Below the pieces are notes generated by a model. The model was not told the DNA's origin. It did no database searches and saw only the letters and a list, made by a program, of their open reading frames with translations. The position numbers were made by a program, and so were the translations under genes. A stretch of DNA of 64,000 bases from an uncultured Alphaproteobacteria bacterium (GTDB taxonomy: Bacteria > Pseudomonadota > Alphaproteobacteria > Rhizobiales > Methyloligellaceae): contig CAVSFJ010000022.1 in the NCBI GenBank assembly GCA_963727165.1, positions 53,726-117,725 of the forward strand. The letters run 5' to 3'. Numbering within the stretch: position 1 is the first letter of the stretch; each line of letters starts with the position of its first letter. Positions 21,955 to 36,305 of the stretch are shown piece by piece.

Positions 21955-24647
21955 CCTGCCACGAGCAGCGCCACGGGGAATTGGCCGAGCACCTCGGCGA
22001 CGCTGAGGCTGCCGTTCGTTGCCGACACTGTTTCGCCGGTCAGCGCGTTCCGCCATTGCCGTCCCTCACGCTCCGGCGGGAGTGTCACGGCCGTATCGCC
22101 CCAGGCCGCGGGCGGTACGAAAGGCATGTCATTGCTGTCGAGCAGGGCACGGGCCCGGACGGGCACGATGGTGATGGCTGCTGTCGCGCCCTCGCTCCGC
22201 AGGAAGGCGAGAACGTTTTCGGCCCGCGCGCCGGACGGTGCGAGCTCCGTGTAATTGCCGGTGGTGAAGAGGGACGGCTGCTCGCGGCGGACTTGAAGGG
22301 CCTTCAGCGTGATCGAGAGCTTGATGGCGCCGCTTCGCCAATCGGCGAGGAGGTCGGCCGCGTCGCGCGAAGCATCGGCATCGAGGAGCTGCCGGCGTAT
22401 GTCGAAGTCCACGGCGTGCCGATTGTCCGGGTCGACCAGGCTCAAGTCCCAGAGCTCTGCCCCTTGGTAGATGTCGGGGACGCCCGGCGCGGTCAGTTTG
22501 AGAAGTGTCTGGGTGAGGCTGTTAAGCGCGCCGGCCACTTCGAGCGGCGCCTGCTCGCGGGCGAAGTCCTCGAGAAAGCCTCGGCTCTTTGCCGGGTCCA
22601 GAGCGGTGCGGACGAAGGCATCGACGGCCTCCTCATAGGCCTGATCGGGCCCCGTCCAACTGGTTCTGACCTTCGCCTCCTTGATGGCCTTCAACATGAA
22701 GCCGGCCATCCTGCCCGCGAGGTTCGCCAGCGCGTCCTTGTCTTCAATGTCGAGGCCGAAGGGCCAGGCACCAGCTAGCGCCTGGTAGAACATCCATTCG
22801 TCATTGGCAGACGGTGCGCGGTCGCCTTCGGTCTCGGCGAGCAGGGGCGCATTCAGATCGGACCATCGCGATACGTGTCGCGCCCAGTCCTCCGGCATCT
22901 CACTCAGAGCGTAGAGCCGCGCGCGGGCATCCTCGCCCCGCTTGGTGTCATGGGTGGAGGTGGCGAGGAGACCAGCAGGCTGACGGGTGCGCCGCGCCGC
23001 CATCTCCTCATGAAAGCGCTTGAGGGGGGCGCCGAAGTCCTCCGGTGCGCCGCCCACCTCGTTCAGCGCGATGAGGCGGTTATAGCGATAGAACAGCGTG
23101 TCCTCGACGGACTTGGCCATGAGCGGGCCGGTCGTCTGCTGCAAGCGTGTCACGAAGGTGAGCGCCTCGGCACGCGCTGCCGGATCCGGCAGGTCGAGGC
23201 GCCAGATGCGCGCGACAAAGTCGATGGCGCCTTCGTCCTCGACCTCGCGCGTGCTTTTCGCGGTGTCTTGCGCGAACGCGATCAGCGCCTCGTCCTCGGG
23301 GCGTGGGCCGTCGACGTCCACATAGGTGCGGTAGACGGGAAGCGCGGTGCCGAGCTCGAGGATGGCGCGGCGCAGCGTGTCACGCCCGTAATCGCGCGTG
23401 GCGAGGTCGGCCTGGGCGAGCTGAGAGGCGAGGCCCGTGAGCACGTCGAGCTCGCCGGCGAGATTGCGCACGAAGATATGCCGTTTGATACTGGCGCGTA
23501 GGGCCTCGTAGTCCGCAGCCTCGCCGGTGAAGTCGCGATAGGCTCCCGTCATCGCCTCTTCGCCATCAGGGCTCGTGAGCACGCCGCCAAGCGCGCGGAT
23601 GAATTCGTAGCCGGTGGTTCCCTGGACAGGCCAGTCGGGGCGCAAGCCCTCGTCCTCCTCCAAGATCTTCTCCACCAAAAGAATGAAGGGGCGCGCGTCA
23701 CCGGTCACTTCACGAAGCTTGCGGAAATAGGCGAGCGGGTCGGCGAGCCCGTCCACGTGATCGAGGCGCAAGCCTTCGATCACCCCTTGGTCGGCGAGCT
23801 CCACCATGAGCCGGTGGGTCTCCTCGAACACGCTCGGCTGTTCCATGCGGACGCCGACGAGATCGGCCACCTCGAAGAAACGCCGATAAGTGAGAGTTTC
23901 GCGGGCTGCGCGCCAATAAGCCAGCCGCCAGGCTTGTGCCTCGTGGAGGGCGTGGATGGCGTCGCGGTCGGCGGCGGTATCGATTAGCGCGGCGCGCAGG
24001 GTCTCGTGCTGGGCCTCGTCCTCCGCGCGCGCGGCGAGCTCTGCTTTGAGCTCTTCGGCCGTTTCCGGCGTCGTGCTGGCGAAGCGGTTGGTGAGGTCCT
24101 CGAACTCAGTCCCGGCGCGTGCCAGCACGTTGGCGTAAGTCGGCGGGCTCAGCGGCAGCTTCATGCCGCTGACGGTAAAATTGATGCCGCCCAACTCGGC
24201 GTCGAAGTTGAGACCGAAGCTGCCCTTATCGAGGGCAAGGCCATAAGGCTCGGGCAGCACGGGAATGAGAAGCTTCGGCGCCGACCAATCGATGTCGAAA
24301 TAGCTCGCATGCGCGCTTGCAGCGCCCCATTCGAGAACGTCGCGCCACCACGGATTGAAGGGACTTGCGCCCATGTGATTGGGCACGAAGTCCAAGATGA
24401 CGCCGATGCCTTCGGCACGGAACGCCTCGATCATGGCGCGAAAACCATCTTCGCCGCCGAGTAGGGGCTCGATCTGGTTATAGCGGGCGATGTCGTAGCC
24501 GTGAGTCGAGCCGGGGAGCGCGCGCATAATGGGCGACGCGTAAAGATGGCTTGTGCCGAGCTTGGCGAGATACGGCGCAAGCGTGCTTGCCCGGGCAAAA
24601 TCCATGCTCTCGCGGAATTGCAGACGATACGTCGCGAGCGTCGTCAT
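21951..24647 (-). CDS. treY: Malto-oligosyltrehalose synthase
   Basis: ATYRLQF, GSTHGYD, DFVPNHM, LRLDHVDGLADP, TSTHDTKRGED, PGVPDIYQG. Confidence 0.95.
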   Translation of the reverse strand: MTTLATYRLQFRESMDFARASTLAPYLAKLGTSHLYASPIMRALPGSTHGYDIARYNQIEPLLGGEDGFRAMIEAFRAEGIGVILDFVPNHMGASPFNPWWRDVLEWGAASAHASYFDIDWSAPKLLIPVLPEPYGLALDKGSFGLNFDAELGGINFTVSGMKLPLSPPTYANVLARAGTEFEDLTNRFASTTPETAEELKAELAARAEDEAQHETLRAALIDTAADRDAIHALHEAQAWRLAYWRAARETLTYRRFFEVADLVGVRMEQPSVFEETHRLMVELADQGVIEGLRLDHVDGLADPLAYFRKLREVTGDARPFILLVEKILEEDEGLRPDWPVQGTTGYEFIRALGGVLTSPDGEEAMTGAYRDFTGEAADYEALRASIKRHIFVRNLAGELDVLTGLASQLAQADLATRDYGRDTLRRAILELGTALPVYRTYVDVDGPRPEDEALIAFAQDTAKSTREVEDEGAIDFVARIWRLDLPDPAARAEALTFVTRLQQTTGPLMAKSVEDTLFYRYNRLIALNEVGGAPEDFGAPLKRFHEEMAARRTRQPAGLLATSTHDTKRGEDARARLYALSEMPEDWARHVSRWSDLNAPLLAETEGDRAPSANDEWMFYQALAGAWPFGLDIEDKDALANLAGRMAGFMLKAIKEAKVRTSWTGPDQAYEEAVDAFVRTALDPAKSRGFLEDFAREQAPLEVAGALNSLTQTLLKLTAPGVPDIYQGAELWDLSLVDPDNRHAVDFDIRRQLLDADASRDAADLLADWRSGAIKLSITLKALQVRREQPSLFTTGNYTELAPSGARAENVLAFLRSEGATAAITIVPVRARALLDSNDMPFVPPAAWGDTAVTLPPEREGRQWRNALTGETVSATNGSLSVAEVLGQFPVALLVAG

Positions 24648-26500
24648 CGCCTAGGCCGCTCGGCGGCCACAGCCCCGGTCACGGCGCGAAAGAGGGGCTG
24701 TTCGCCGAGCGTCTCGATTGGCGCGGCGATCTTGCGCCGCCAGTTCGGATGCTCGTCAACAGTGCCTGGCAGGTTCGCCTGCTCGACGGTGCCTAAGGCA
24801 TCGTCGATCTGGACGGAGAACAGACGGCATGGCGTCCGGGCCAGGAAGCGATGGATGGCGACAAGGTCGTCTTCGAGCACCTCGCTGGAGTCGGCTTGCG
24901 TTGCGTTGGGCGCGAGCGCCTGCGCCTCGACGAGGGCGTCGATGAGAAGCTGTCTGTCGCGCATCCGCTCTTGCCGTTGCATCACGCCCTCTCGCTCGGT
25001 GACGCGGCCCGTCTTCACGCGCCAATCGATGTCGTTGCCGATCCACCAGCCTTTCAGGGTCGGAAGATCGTGGGTCGAGGCGCAGACAAGGGCCTCGCGC
25101 CGGTACTCATGGGGCTGCATCCACACGCCGCCCTGCTCGGTGAAGTAGAAGACTTGGTAGCTCAGAAGGCCAGCCCGGACCATCGTATCGGTAAATCCGG
25201 GAGGAACCGTACCGAGATCCTCGCCAATGACGACGGTACGAGAGATCCAGGATTCCTCGACCACGCCCTCCAGAAGCTCACGGAACGGATAGGCCAGATA
25301 GGCGCCGTCGGTCGCCGGGTTGCCTTCCGGAATCCAATAGAGCCGCTGCAAGCCCATAGCGTGATCGATTCTGAGCGCGCCGGCGTGATGCATGTTCGAC
25401 CGGATCACGGCGCGGAACGGCTCGAAACGCTCTTCGTCGAGCCCGACCGGCGAGAAGGGCACGAGGCCCCAATCCTGACCGGCAGCGCTGAAGGGGTCGG
25501 GCGGGCAGCCGATGCGGGCATGGCGGGCGATCGCCGGGCCGTTGAGCCAGCTCTTGGACCCATCGGGCGAGATGCCGACGGCGAGATCGAGATAGAGCCC
25601 GATGCGCATGCCGGCAGCAACGGCGCGCGCTTGCGCCTCGGCGAGCTGGGTGTCGGCGACCCATTGCAGCCAGGCGTAAAATGCGACGCGATGCTTGGCG
25701 GCGCGTGCGAAGTCGCGCACGGCGAGACTCTCCGGGTCCTGATACTCTTCCGGCCAGGTGCTCCAGGCCACGTTACCGCCTTCGGTCACGAAGTGCTCCG
25801 CGAGCGCCTCGTAAAGGGCATGGCCTTCGAGCGCGGCGCCGTGCTCGTGGCAGAATTGCTCGAAGGCTTCTTTCTCGCTGGCGTTTGCGTTCTTAACGAA
25901 ATGCCCGAACAGCGCTTCGAGTGCGCGACGCTTCACGCGATGAACCGCCGGATAGTCGATGAGCTCTGTCTCGCGCAAGTCGGGGAGTTCGGCTTCGAGC
26001 TCGGCGCGCTCCGGCAGGTCGGCATATCCCGGCACCCGGTCCGGCGCGATCAGGAGCGGGTTGAGGAAATCACGGGTCGAGGGGCTGTAAGGGCTGATGC
26101 GCGAGGGATCGGAGAAGAACAGCGCATGCAAGGGGCTGAGTCCGACGAAGTCGGCGCCGAGCCCCGCGGCGAACTCGGCAAGGCGCGCCAAGTCCTCGAA
26201 ATCGCCAATGCCCCAGTTGCGGGAGGAGCGCAAAGCATAAGCCTGGACCGAGAGACCCCAGGCGCGGTGCTCCACAAGAAAGGGGGGCCAGAAGGCGCTG
26301 GCTGACAGTGACGCGACATCGTCGAACGCCGGCGGCTCGGGAACGTGGCGGTGACCATCGGTGCCGTCCACGGGAACGCCCATGGCCTCGAGCACCTTGG
26401 TCTTGGTTTCCCTCGGCGTGGTGACCCACTCGCCCTTCTCGCTGACATAGCCGTCGGCAATGCCGAAACGCTCAGCCAATTCATCGAGCCGATCCGGCAT
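24644..26500 (-). CDS. malQ: 4-alpha-glucanotransferase
   Basis: WGIGDF, SPYSPS, YLDLAVG, LRIDH, GEDLG, THDLPT, NLPGT. Confidence 0.94.
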   Translation of the reverse strand: MPDRLDELAERFGIADGYVSEKGEWVTTPRETKTKVLEAMGVPVDGTDGHRHVPEPPAFDDVASLSASAFWPPFLVEHRAWGLSVQAYALRSSRNWGIGDFEDLARLAEFAAGLGADFVGLSPLHALFFSDPSRISPYSPSTRDFLNPLLIAPDRVPGYADLPERAELEAELPDLRETELIDYPAVHRVKRRALEALFGHFVKNANASEKEAFEQFCHEHGAALEGHALYEALAEHFVTEGGNVAWSTWPEEYQDPESLAVRDFARAAKHRVAFYAWLQWVADTQLAEAQARAVAAGMRIGLYLDLAVGISPDGSKSWLNGPAIARHARIGCPPDPFSAAGQDWGLVPFSPVGLDEERFEPFRAVIRSNMHHAGALRIDHAMGLQRLYWIPEGNPATDGAYLAYPFRELLEGVVEESWISRTVVIGEDLGTVPPGFTDTMVRAGLLSYQVFYFTEQGGVWMQPHEYRREALVCASTHDLPTLKGWWIGNDIDWRVKTGRVTEREGVMQRQERMRDRQLLIDALVEAQALAPNATQADSSEVLEDDLVAIHRFLARTPCRLFSVQIDDALGTVEQANLPGTVDEHPNWRRKIAAPIETLGEQPLFRAVTGAVAAERPRR

Positions 26501-26503
26501 GCG

Positions 26504-28309
26504 TTACTCCTGTACGGAAAGTGAGGCGACTACGGACCAAGGCGGCAGCTTGCCTTGAGCAAGGCTCTCGCCTGCGTCGTGGGGATGAGCGAAGAACGGC
26601 GCGCCGGACGACGCATGCGAAAGCGCGGCGGCGGTGTCGGAGAAATTGGCGGCGAGGGTCAGCTTGCCTTCGTCGCCGAGACGCCAGCGCACGGCGAACG
26701 CGTTGCCGTGAAGGGCCTGCACCTTGCCGGCATGGCCGCCGATGCGCGCAAGCTGCGGCACGACATGGGCGAAACGCGCCGCGATGAGGCGCTTCACGAA
26801 CGCGGTTCGCTCCGATGTTTCAGGCTTGAGCATCGAGGCGGTGAAGGTCGAAAGCGCATTCGGGTCGGGGACGAGCGCTTTCGTGAACGCCTCGGCGAAC
26901 GCCTTGTTGTTGCGGAACTCCTCGTTCCGGCCTTTGCGCACGGCCTCTGCGAGATCGCCCTCGAAGTCGGTGAAGAACTGAAAAGGGCGCTGCTCTCCAT
27001 ATTCTTCGCCCATGAAGAGGAGCGGGATGTGGGGCGAGAGCAAAAGCAAGGCAAGCGCCGCCTCCACGGCTTCAGGCGGGGCAAGGGTCGTGATGCGGTC
27101 GCCTTGCGCGCGGTTGCCGACCTGGTCGTGGTTCTGGACGAAGTCGATGAAGGCAGTTGGCGGCAGATGGGCCGAGGGCTGCCCGCGCTTGCGGCCGCCG
27201 CGAAAAGGCGAGGGCTCGCCTTGATAGCCGAACCCATGCGCCATGGTCTCGGCGACGCGGCGCGCGGGCGCGTCGGCGTAGTCCTGGTAGTAGCCGGTGT
27301 CCTCGTGCGTCAGGAGCGCATGCATGGCGTGGTGCCAGTCGTCGTTCCATTCGGCGGTGAAGAGACGCGGGGTGTTGTCGGCGTTGAACTGCAAGAGCCT
27401 CGTCGAATTGTCGTCATCCTCGATGGTGAGGTGAACGTGCCGGTCGGTAAAGCGCGCGCGCACCTCGCGCGCCATCTCCGCCAGAATCTCCTCTCCTGAG
27501 GGATCGTCGATCTGGTCGATGGCGTCAAACCGCAAACCATCGAAATGAAACTCGTTGAGCCAATAAAGCACGTTGTGGATGAAAAACTCCCGCACCGGTT
27601 GGCGGTCGAAGGCGATGGCGCTGCCCCATGGCGTGTGACGCTCCGGATTGAAGAAGTCCGGCGCGTAGAGATGGAGGTAGTTCCCCTCGGGCCCGAAATG
27701 GTTGTAGACCACGTCGAGCAGGATCATGAGGCCGCGCGCGTGCGCGGCGTCGACCAGGCGCTTCAGGCCTTCCGGCCCGCCATAAGCGATATGGGGGGCG
27801 TAGAGCAGCACACCGTCATAGCCCCAGCCGCGATTGCCGGCGAACTGGGCCACCGGCATCAGCTCGATGGCGGTGACGCCGACATCGACGAGGCGGTCGA
27901 GATCGCGGGCGATGCCATCGAAGGTACCTTCGGGCGAGAAGGTGCCGGTGTGCAGCTCATAGATGACGGCCTCTTCCCACGGGCGCCCGGTCCAGTCCGG
28001 CGTCTGCCACTCATAGCTACGCGGGTCGACGAGCCGGCTCATGCCATGCACGTCGTCCTTTTGCGCGCGCGACGCGGGATCGGGGACGCGCATGCCGTTG
28101 TCGAGGACGAACTGATAGCCTTGGCCAGGGGCGATTGCGTCGGTCGTGACGTCGAACCAGCCGGCGTCGGCCTTGTGCATGGGAATTATCGCGCCGCCTT
28201 CGGTCAGGAGAGAGACTTTGCCTTGCGCCGGCGCCCACAGCCGGAAGCGGGCGCCGCCGTCGACGATCTCTGCACCCCATGGCGATGAATGCGCGTGGCG
28301 CCGCGCCAT
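26504..28309 (-). CDS. treZ: Malto-oligosyltrehalose trehalohydrolase
   Basis: FRLWAP, DPASR, WGYDGV, YNHFGPEGNY, QNHDQVGNR. Confidence 0.94.
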   Translation of the reverse strand: MARRHAHSSPWGAEIVDGGARFRLWAPAQGKVSLLTEGGAIIPMHKADAGWFDVTTDAIAPGQGYQFVLDNGMRVPDPASRAQKDDVHGMSRLVDPRSYEWQTPDWTGRPWEEAVIYELHTGTFSPEGTFDGIARDLDRLVDVGVTAIELMPVAQFAGNRGWGYDGVLLYAPHIAYGGPEGLKRLVDAAHARGLMILLDVVYNHFGPEGNYLHLYAPDFFNPERHTPWGSAIAFDRQPVREFFIHNVLYWLNEFHFDGLRFDAIDQIDDPSGEEILAEMAREVRARFTDRHVHLTIEDDDNSTRLLQFNADNTPRLFTAEWNDDWHHAMHALLTHEDTGYYQDYADAPARRVAETMAHGFGYQGEPSPFRGGRKRGQPSAHLPPTAFIDFVQNHDQVGNRAQGDRITTLAPPEAVEAALALLLLSPHIPLLFMGEEYGEQRPFQFFTDFEGDLAEAVRKGRNEEFRNNKAFAEAFTKALVPDPNALSTFTASMLKPETSERTAFVKRLIAARFAHVVPQLARIGGHAGKVQALHGNAFAVRWRLGDEGKLTLAANFSDTAAALSHASSGAPFFAHPHDAGESLAQGKLPPWSVVASLSVQE

Positions 28310-30377
28310 CAATCGGTCCTTTCGAACAGCAGGAGCCCGTGCCCCGGAATGGTGGTCTTGCCCGTAGCGACGGGCGCAGGGTCTGGACGTACCAAAGCGT
28401 TCGCCGAATCGCAAAGCAGCCGCCAGCGCAAGTGCCGCTTGCCGAAATACGGGAAAATGAAGTCGATGGGCTCGGCATCGGCGTTGAACAGTAGCAGCAG
28501 GATCTGCCCGTCGCCGGCGAAGGAGGCACCGATGCACTTGGCGACCGGGTCTTCCCAGTTCTCAGCCTGCTTTTCCTCGCCGTCCGGCTTGAACCAAGCG
28601 ATGTTCTTGATGCGCGGCGCCACCGGCTCGCCGTGGAGGAAGCGGCGGCTGCGCAAGAGGGGGTGCTGCGCCCGCAGGCTCACCACGCCGCGCACGAACT
28701 CGAGGAACGCCATATCGCGCTCGCCGATATTGGTCCAGTTGACCCAGGAGATTTCGTTATCCTGGCAAAAGGCGTTGTTGTTGCCGTGTTGCGTGCGGCC
28801 GATCTCGTCGCCCATTTGCAGCATGGGCGTGCCGTGGCTGAAGAGGAGACTGGCCACGAAGGCGCGGCGCACACGGTCGCGGAGGTCAAGGATGGCAGGT
28901 TTGTCGGTCGGCCCTTTGGCGCCCCAGTTGTAGCTCCGGTTGTCGTTGTTGCCGTCCTTGTTGTTCTCCTTGTTCGCCTCGTTGTGCTTCTTGTTGTAGG
29001 AGACGAGATCGGTGAGCGTGAAGCCGTCATGGGCGGTGATGAAGTTGATGCTGGCCCAGGGCTTGCGGCCGCGGCGGTCGAAGATCTCGGCGGAGCCGGA
29101 GATGCGGCGCGCGAGTGCCGGGAGCATGGCCATGTCGCCCTTCCAATAGGACCTGAGCCCGTCGCGCCAGAGATCGTTCCATTCCGCCCAGCCCGGCGGG
29201 TAGGCGCCAACCTGGTAGCCGCCCTCGCCAAGGTCCCACGGCTCAGCGATCAGCTTCACCTGGCTCAACACAGGGTCCTGGCCGACGGCATCGAGGAAAG
29301 ACGCGCTCGGATCGAAGTCGTTGTTGTCCCGGCAGAGCGCCGAGGTCAGGTCGAAGCGGAAGCCGTCGACGCCGCCTTGCTCGACCCAATAGCGGAGCGA
29401 GTCCATGACCATCTGCAAGACACGCGGATGCCCGAGGTTGACCGTGTTGCCGCAGCCGGTCGTGTCGTAATAGTGCCGGCGGTCCTCGGCGAGCTTGTAG
29501 TAGGACGCGTTGTCGATGCCACGGAAGGAGAGCGTCGGGCCGAGGTGATTGCCTTCTGCCGTGTGGTTGTAGACCACGTCGAGAATGACCTCGATGCCGG
29601 CGGCGTGGAGCCGGTCCACCATGCCGCGGAACTGTTCGATGCCGGCGCCCGGAGATAGATAGCGGTCCGCCGGCGCGAAGAAACCGACGCTGTTGTATCC
29701 CCAATAGTTGGTGAGGCCATTCTCCATGAGGTGCCGGTCATTGGCGAAGGCATGGATGGGGAGGAGCTCGATGGCCGTGACGCCGAGCTTGACGAGATGG
29801 TCGATCACGGCGGGCTCGGACAGGCCGGCGAAGGTACCGCGCAAATGCTCCGGGATATCGGGATGGCGCGCGGTCATGCCTTTCACATGCGCCTCGTAGA
29901 TCACAGTTTCATGCCAAGGACGGTTGGGGCGGTTTTGGGAGGCGCGATCGCCGTCGGCCACCACCACGCATTTCGGCATGAAGGGCGCGCTGTCGATCTT
30001 GCTCATGGCGAGATCGGTCCGTTTGGAGCCGATCTGATAGCCGAAGAGGGCATCATCCCAAATGAACTGTCCTGCGTAGCGGCGGGCGTAGGGGTCGAGC
30101 AGGAGTTTGTTGGGGTTGAAGCGATGGCCGTCGCGCGGCGCGTAAGGTCCGTGCACGCGGTAGCCGTAGAGCTGGCCGGGACCGATGTCCGGCACGTAGC
30201 CGTGCCACACCTCGTCCGTGTATTCCGGGAGGTTGATGCGCGCGGTCTCAGCCCCGCTCCCGTCGAACAGGCAAAGTTGCACACGCGTTGCATGGGCCGA
30301 GAACAAGGCGAAGTTCACGCCGCGGCCGTCATAGGTCGCGCCGAGTGGCCACGGGGTCCCGGACACGAGCTTTACCG

Positions 30378-30381
<4 letters not shown>
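28309..30381 (-). CDS. glgX: Glycogen debranching enzyme
   Basis: PLGATYDG, NYWGYN, YNHTAEG, DGFRFDL, AEPWD, AHDGFTL. Confidence 0.95.
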
Positions 30382-33677
<3,296 letters not shown>

Positions 33678-33845
33678 GGGCGCTCAATAGGACAGGGGGC
33701 GGGCAATTGGCGTCTCGAAGGGCGCCTTGATAGGCGGAAGCGAGGTAAAAAGTAAGAGGCTTGAAGGGGCTAGACCAGAGGTGATCAGCCTTAAGGCCCA
33801 AGACGAGGGCCTTTTCGCGCCGGAGAGGCGAGACCGCAGGCAGGG

Positions 33846-35267
33846 CTAGGCGGCGCCGAGCTTCTTGCGGAACAGGTTGACCGGGTCGGTGTCGGACTCG
33901 GCGAAGGTCTGGATGAAGCTGTCCCGCCAGTTGGCCAAGTCGTAGGTCTCGATCCGCTGCCAGAGCCGGTTGTGCCGCGCCCAGCGCTCCTGGCGGGGCA
34001 TGGTCAAAGCCCGGTCCAAGGCACGGGCCATCTCGTTGATGTCATGCGGGTTGATGAGCAGCGCCTCGCGAAGCTGCTCGGCGGCGCCGGCGAAGCGCGA
34101 CAGGACGAGAACGCCAGGGTTCTGCGGCGCTTGCGCCGCGACATATTCCTTGGCCACCAGGTTCATGCCGTCGCGCAAGGGCGTGACCAGGCCGACGGCG
34201 CTTTCGCGGTAGAGCCGGGTCAGGATGTCCTGCGGCACGCCGCGGTGGAGATAGGTGACGGGCGTCCAGCGCAAATCGCCGAACCGGCCGTTGATGCGGC
34301 CGACCAGACGTTCCACTTCTTCGCGGATCTCTTGATAGACGGGAAGCGTCTCGCGGGTGGCTGGGGCGATCTGCACGAGCCGCACGCGCCCGCGGTGCTC
34401 GGGAAACTCCTCCAGCAGCAACTCGAAAGCACGGAGCCGCTCCGGCAGCCCTTTCGTGTAATCGAGCCGGTCGACGCCAATGATCGTCTTCATGTCCTCG
34501 CCGAGATCGGGGAGGATCGGTCCTTTGGTGCTTTCGCTCTCGGCGAGCTTGCGGAACGCGCGCGCGTCGATGCCGATGGGGAACACGGACGCCAGCGTGG
34601 TCTCGCCTTGCGCCGCGATCCGGTCGCCGCGCAATTGCTCGCCGTCGAGGAAGGCAGCGACGTAGCGGCGGAAATTGTCCCGGTCGGAGCAGGTCTGGAA
34701 GCCAACGACGTCATAGACCATGAGCGCGTTACCGAGCCGCTTCTGGCCCGGGATGGCGGCGAAGATCTCAGGCGAGGGGAAGGGCGTGTGCAAGAAGAAG
34801 CCGATCCGCGAGGTGCAGCCCCGGCCCCTCAGTTCCTCGGCGAGCGGGATCAGATGGTAGTCATGGATCCAGATCAGGTCGTCCGGGCCGATCAGCGGCA
34901 TCAGCGCGTCGGCGAACCGGGCGCTGACTTCGAAATAGATCTCGTTGTGCTCCTCGTTGCACTGGGCAAGGTCGAGGCGGTAGTGGAGCGCCGGCCACAG
35001 ACAGCGGTTGGCGTAGCCGTAATAGTAGCCTTCGGCTTCCTCAGGGGTGAGGTCGATGGTGGCGACGGTGAGGCCCGAGTTGGTCTCGATCTTGGGCTCG
35101 GCGGTACTTGCGTCCTCCTCCACCTCGCCGCTCCAGCCGAACCACAGTCCGTGGGAAGCTTTCAAGGCGTCGCCAAGGGCGACGGCCAAGCCGCCGGTCT
35201 GAAACTTGGCGGTGAAATCCGCGACGCGATTTGAGACGACCACCAGCCTCCGGGCCTTAGATGTCAT
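33846..35267 (-). CDS. otsA: Trehalose-6-phosphate synthase
   Basis: VVVSNR, GGLA, WIHDYHL, VDRLDYTKG, RDGMNLVAKEY. Confidence 0.95.
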   Translation of the reverse strand: MTSKARRLVVVSNRVADFTAKFQTGGLAVALGDALKASHGLWFGWSGEVEEDASTAEPKIETNSGLTVATIDLTPEEAEGYYYGYANRCLWPALHYRLDLAQCNEEHNEIYFEVSARFADALMPLIGPDDLIWIHDYHLIPLAEELRGRGCTSRIGFFLHTPFPSPEIFAAIPGQKRLGNALMVYDVVGFQTCSDRDNFRRYVAAFLDGEQLRGDRIAAQGETTLASVFPIGIDARAFRKLAESESTKGPILPDLGEDMKTIIGVDRLDYTKGLPERLRAFELLLEEFPEHRGRVRLVQIAPATRETLPVYQEIREEVERLVGRINGRFGDLRWTPVTYLHRGVPQDILTRLYRESAVGLVTPLRDGMNLVAKEYVAAQAPQNPGVLVLSRFAGAAEQLREALLINPHDINEMARALDRALTMPRQERWARHNRLWQRIETYDLANWRDSFIQTFAESDTDPVNLFRKKLGAA

Positions 35268-35408
35268 CTCACGCCTCCCGGTATTGGCAGGTGGCATTGG
35301 TTCGGCGGGCATGCCTATGTGCACGCTTGAGACCTTCGACACCATGTCTCATAGCCTCTTTTAGTGACGCTTCCATGTCCCAGCCTCCGCTCGAAGCGTC
35401 GGAGTTTA

Positions 35409-35433
35409 AACTGAAAACGTCACAATGGGTTCC
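35409..35433 (-). promoter_or_regulatory. Sigma-EcfG (general stress) type promoter upstream of otsA
   Basis: GGAAC-N17-GTT on the minus strand. Confidence 0.5.
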
Positions 35434-35568
35434 TAACATGCGCTGAATCTGTTCCTGGTCAGGAAGTGCAACTTCCAGTCCACTGGCACGCAAGCGAGAG
35501 ACATGTGACGTAAGGTCTTGGAATCTCGGTCTGAATGTCGCTGGCAATATGAGACTCGACGAGGATTA

Positions 35569-36300
35569 ATGACTAGGTCTTTGCCCCCCCTTTCAGCGAA
35601 TGCTGCCTTTTTCATCGATTTCGACGGAACGCTTGTCGCTATCGCGCCCAGGCCGGACTTGGTGCATGTCGAGCCGGAAGTGCTCCAGGTGCTCGAACGG
35701 CTCAGCGAGCGATTCGACCATGCGGTCGCCGTGATCACCGGGCGTCCGCTCGCCACGGTCGACGGCTTCCTCGCGCCACTCAAGCTGCCGGTCGCCGCCG
35801 AGCACGGCTCGATTCGGCGCGACGCCCAAGGCCACGTCCATGCCGACACGCACAGCATCGAGGCGGTGAAAGGAGTGGCGGCGCGGCTTGAACCGCTGGT
35901 CGAGGCTAATCCCGGTCTGCTGCTCGAGCGCAAGCAGACCTCGGTGGCGTTGCATTACCGCCAGCGGCCGGAGCTTGGTGCGGCGTGCAAGGATGCGGTG
36001 GAGAAGGCCGTGGTGGGTACCACAGGCCTCGCCGTGCTGCCCGGCAAGATGGTCTTCGAGGTGCGGCCGCAAGGGCTCGATAAGGGCACGGCGGTCAAGG
36101 CGTTCCTCGACGAGCCGCCGTTCAAGGGACGCACCCCCGTCTATATGGGCGACGACGTGACCGATGAAGACGCCTTCGCCGCGGTCAATGCGCTGGGCGG
36201 CATCACCATCAAGATCGACGACGGCGATACGCAAGCGCAATACCGGACAGACCGTGCCGGTCTGTTCGCTTGGCTGGAAAGTCTGGGCGGCGCGCGCTAG
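35569..36300 (+). CDS. otsB: Trehalose-6-phosphate phosphatase
   Basis: FIDFDGTL, TGR, AEHG, LHYR, KG, GDDVTDE. Confidence 0.94.
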   Translation: MTRSLPPLSANAAFFIDFDGTLVAIAPRPDLVHVEPEVLQVLERLSERFDHAVAVITGRPLATVDGFLAPLKLPVAAEHGSIRRDAQGHVHADTHSIEAVKGVAARLEPLVEANPGLLLERKQTSVALHYRQRPELGAACKDAVEKAVVGTTGLAVLPGKMVFEVRPQGLDKGTAVKAFLDEPPFKGRTPVYMGDDVTDEDAFAAVNALGGITIKIDDGDTQAQYRTDRAGLFAWLESLGGAR

Positions 36301-36305
36301 CCCGT

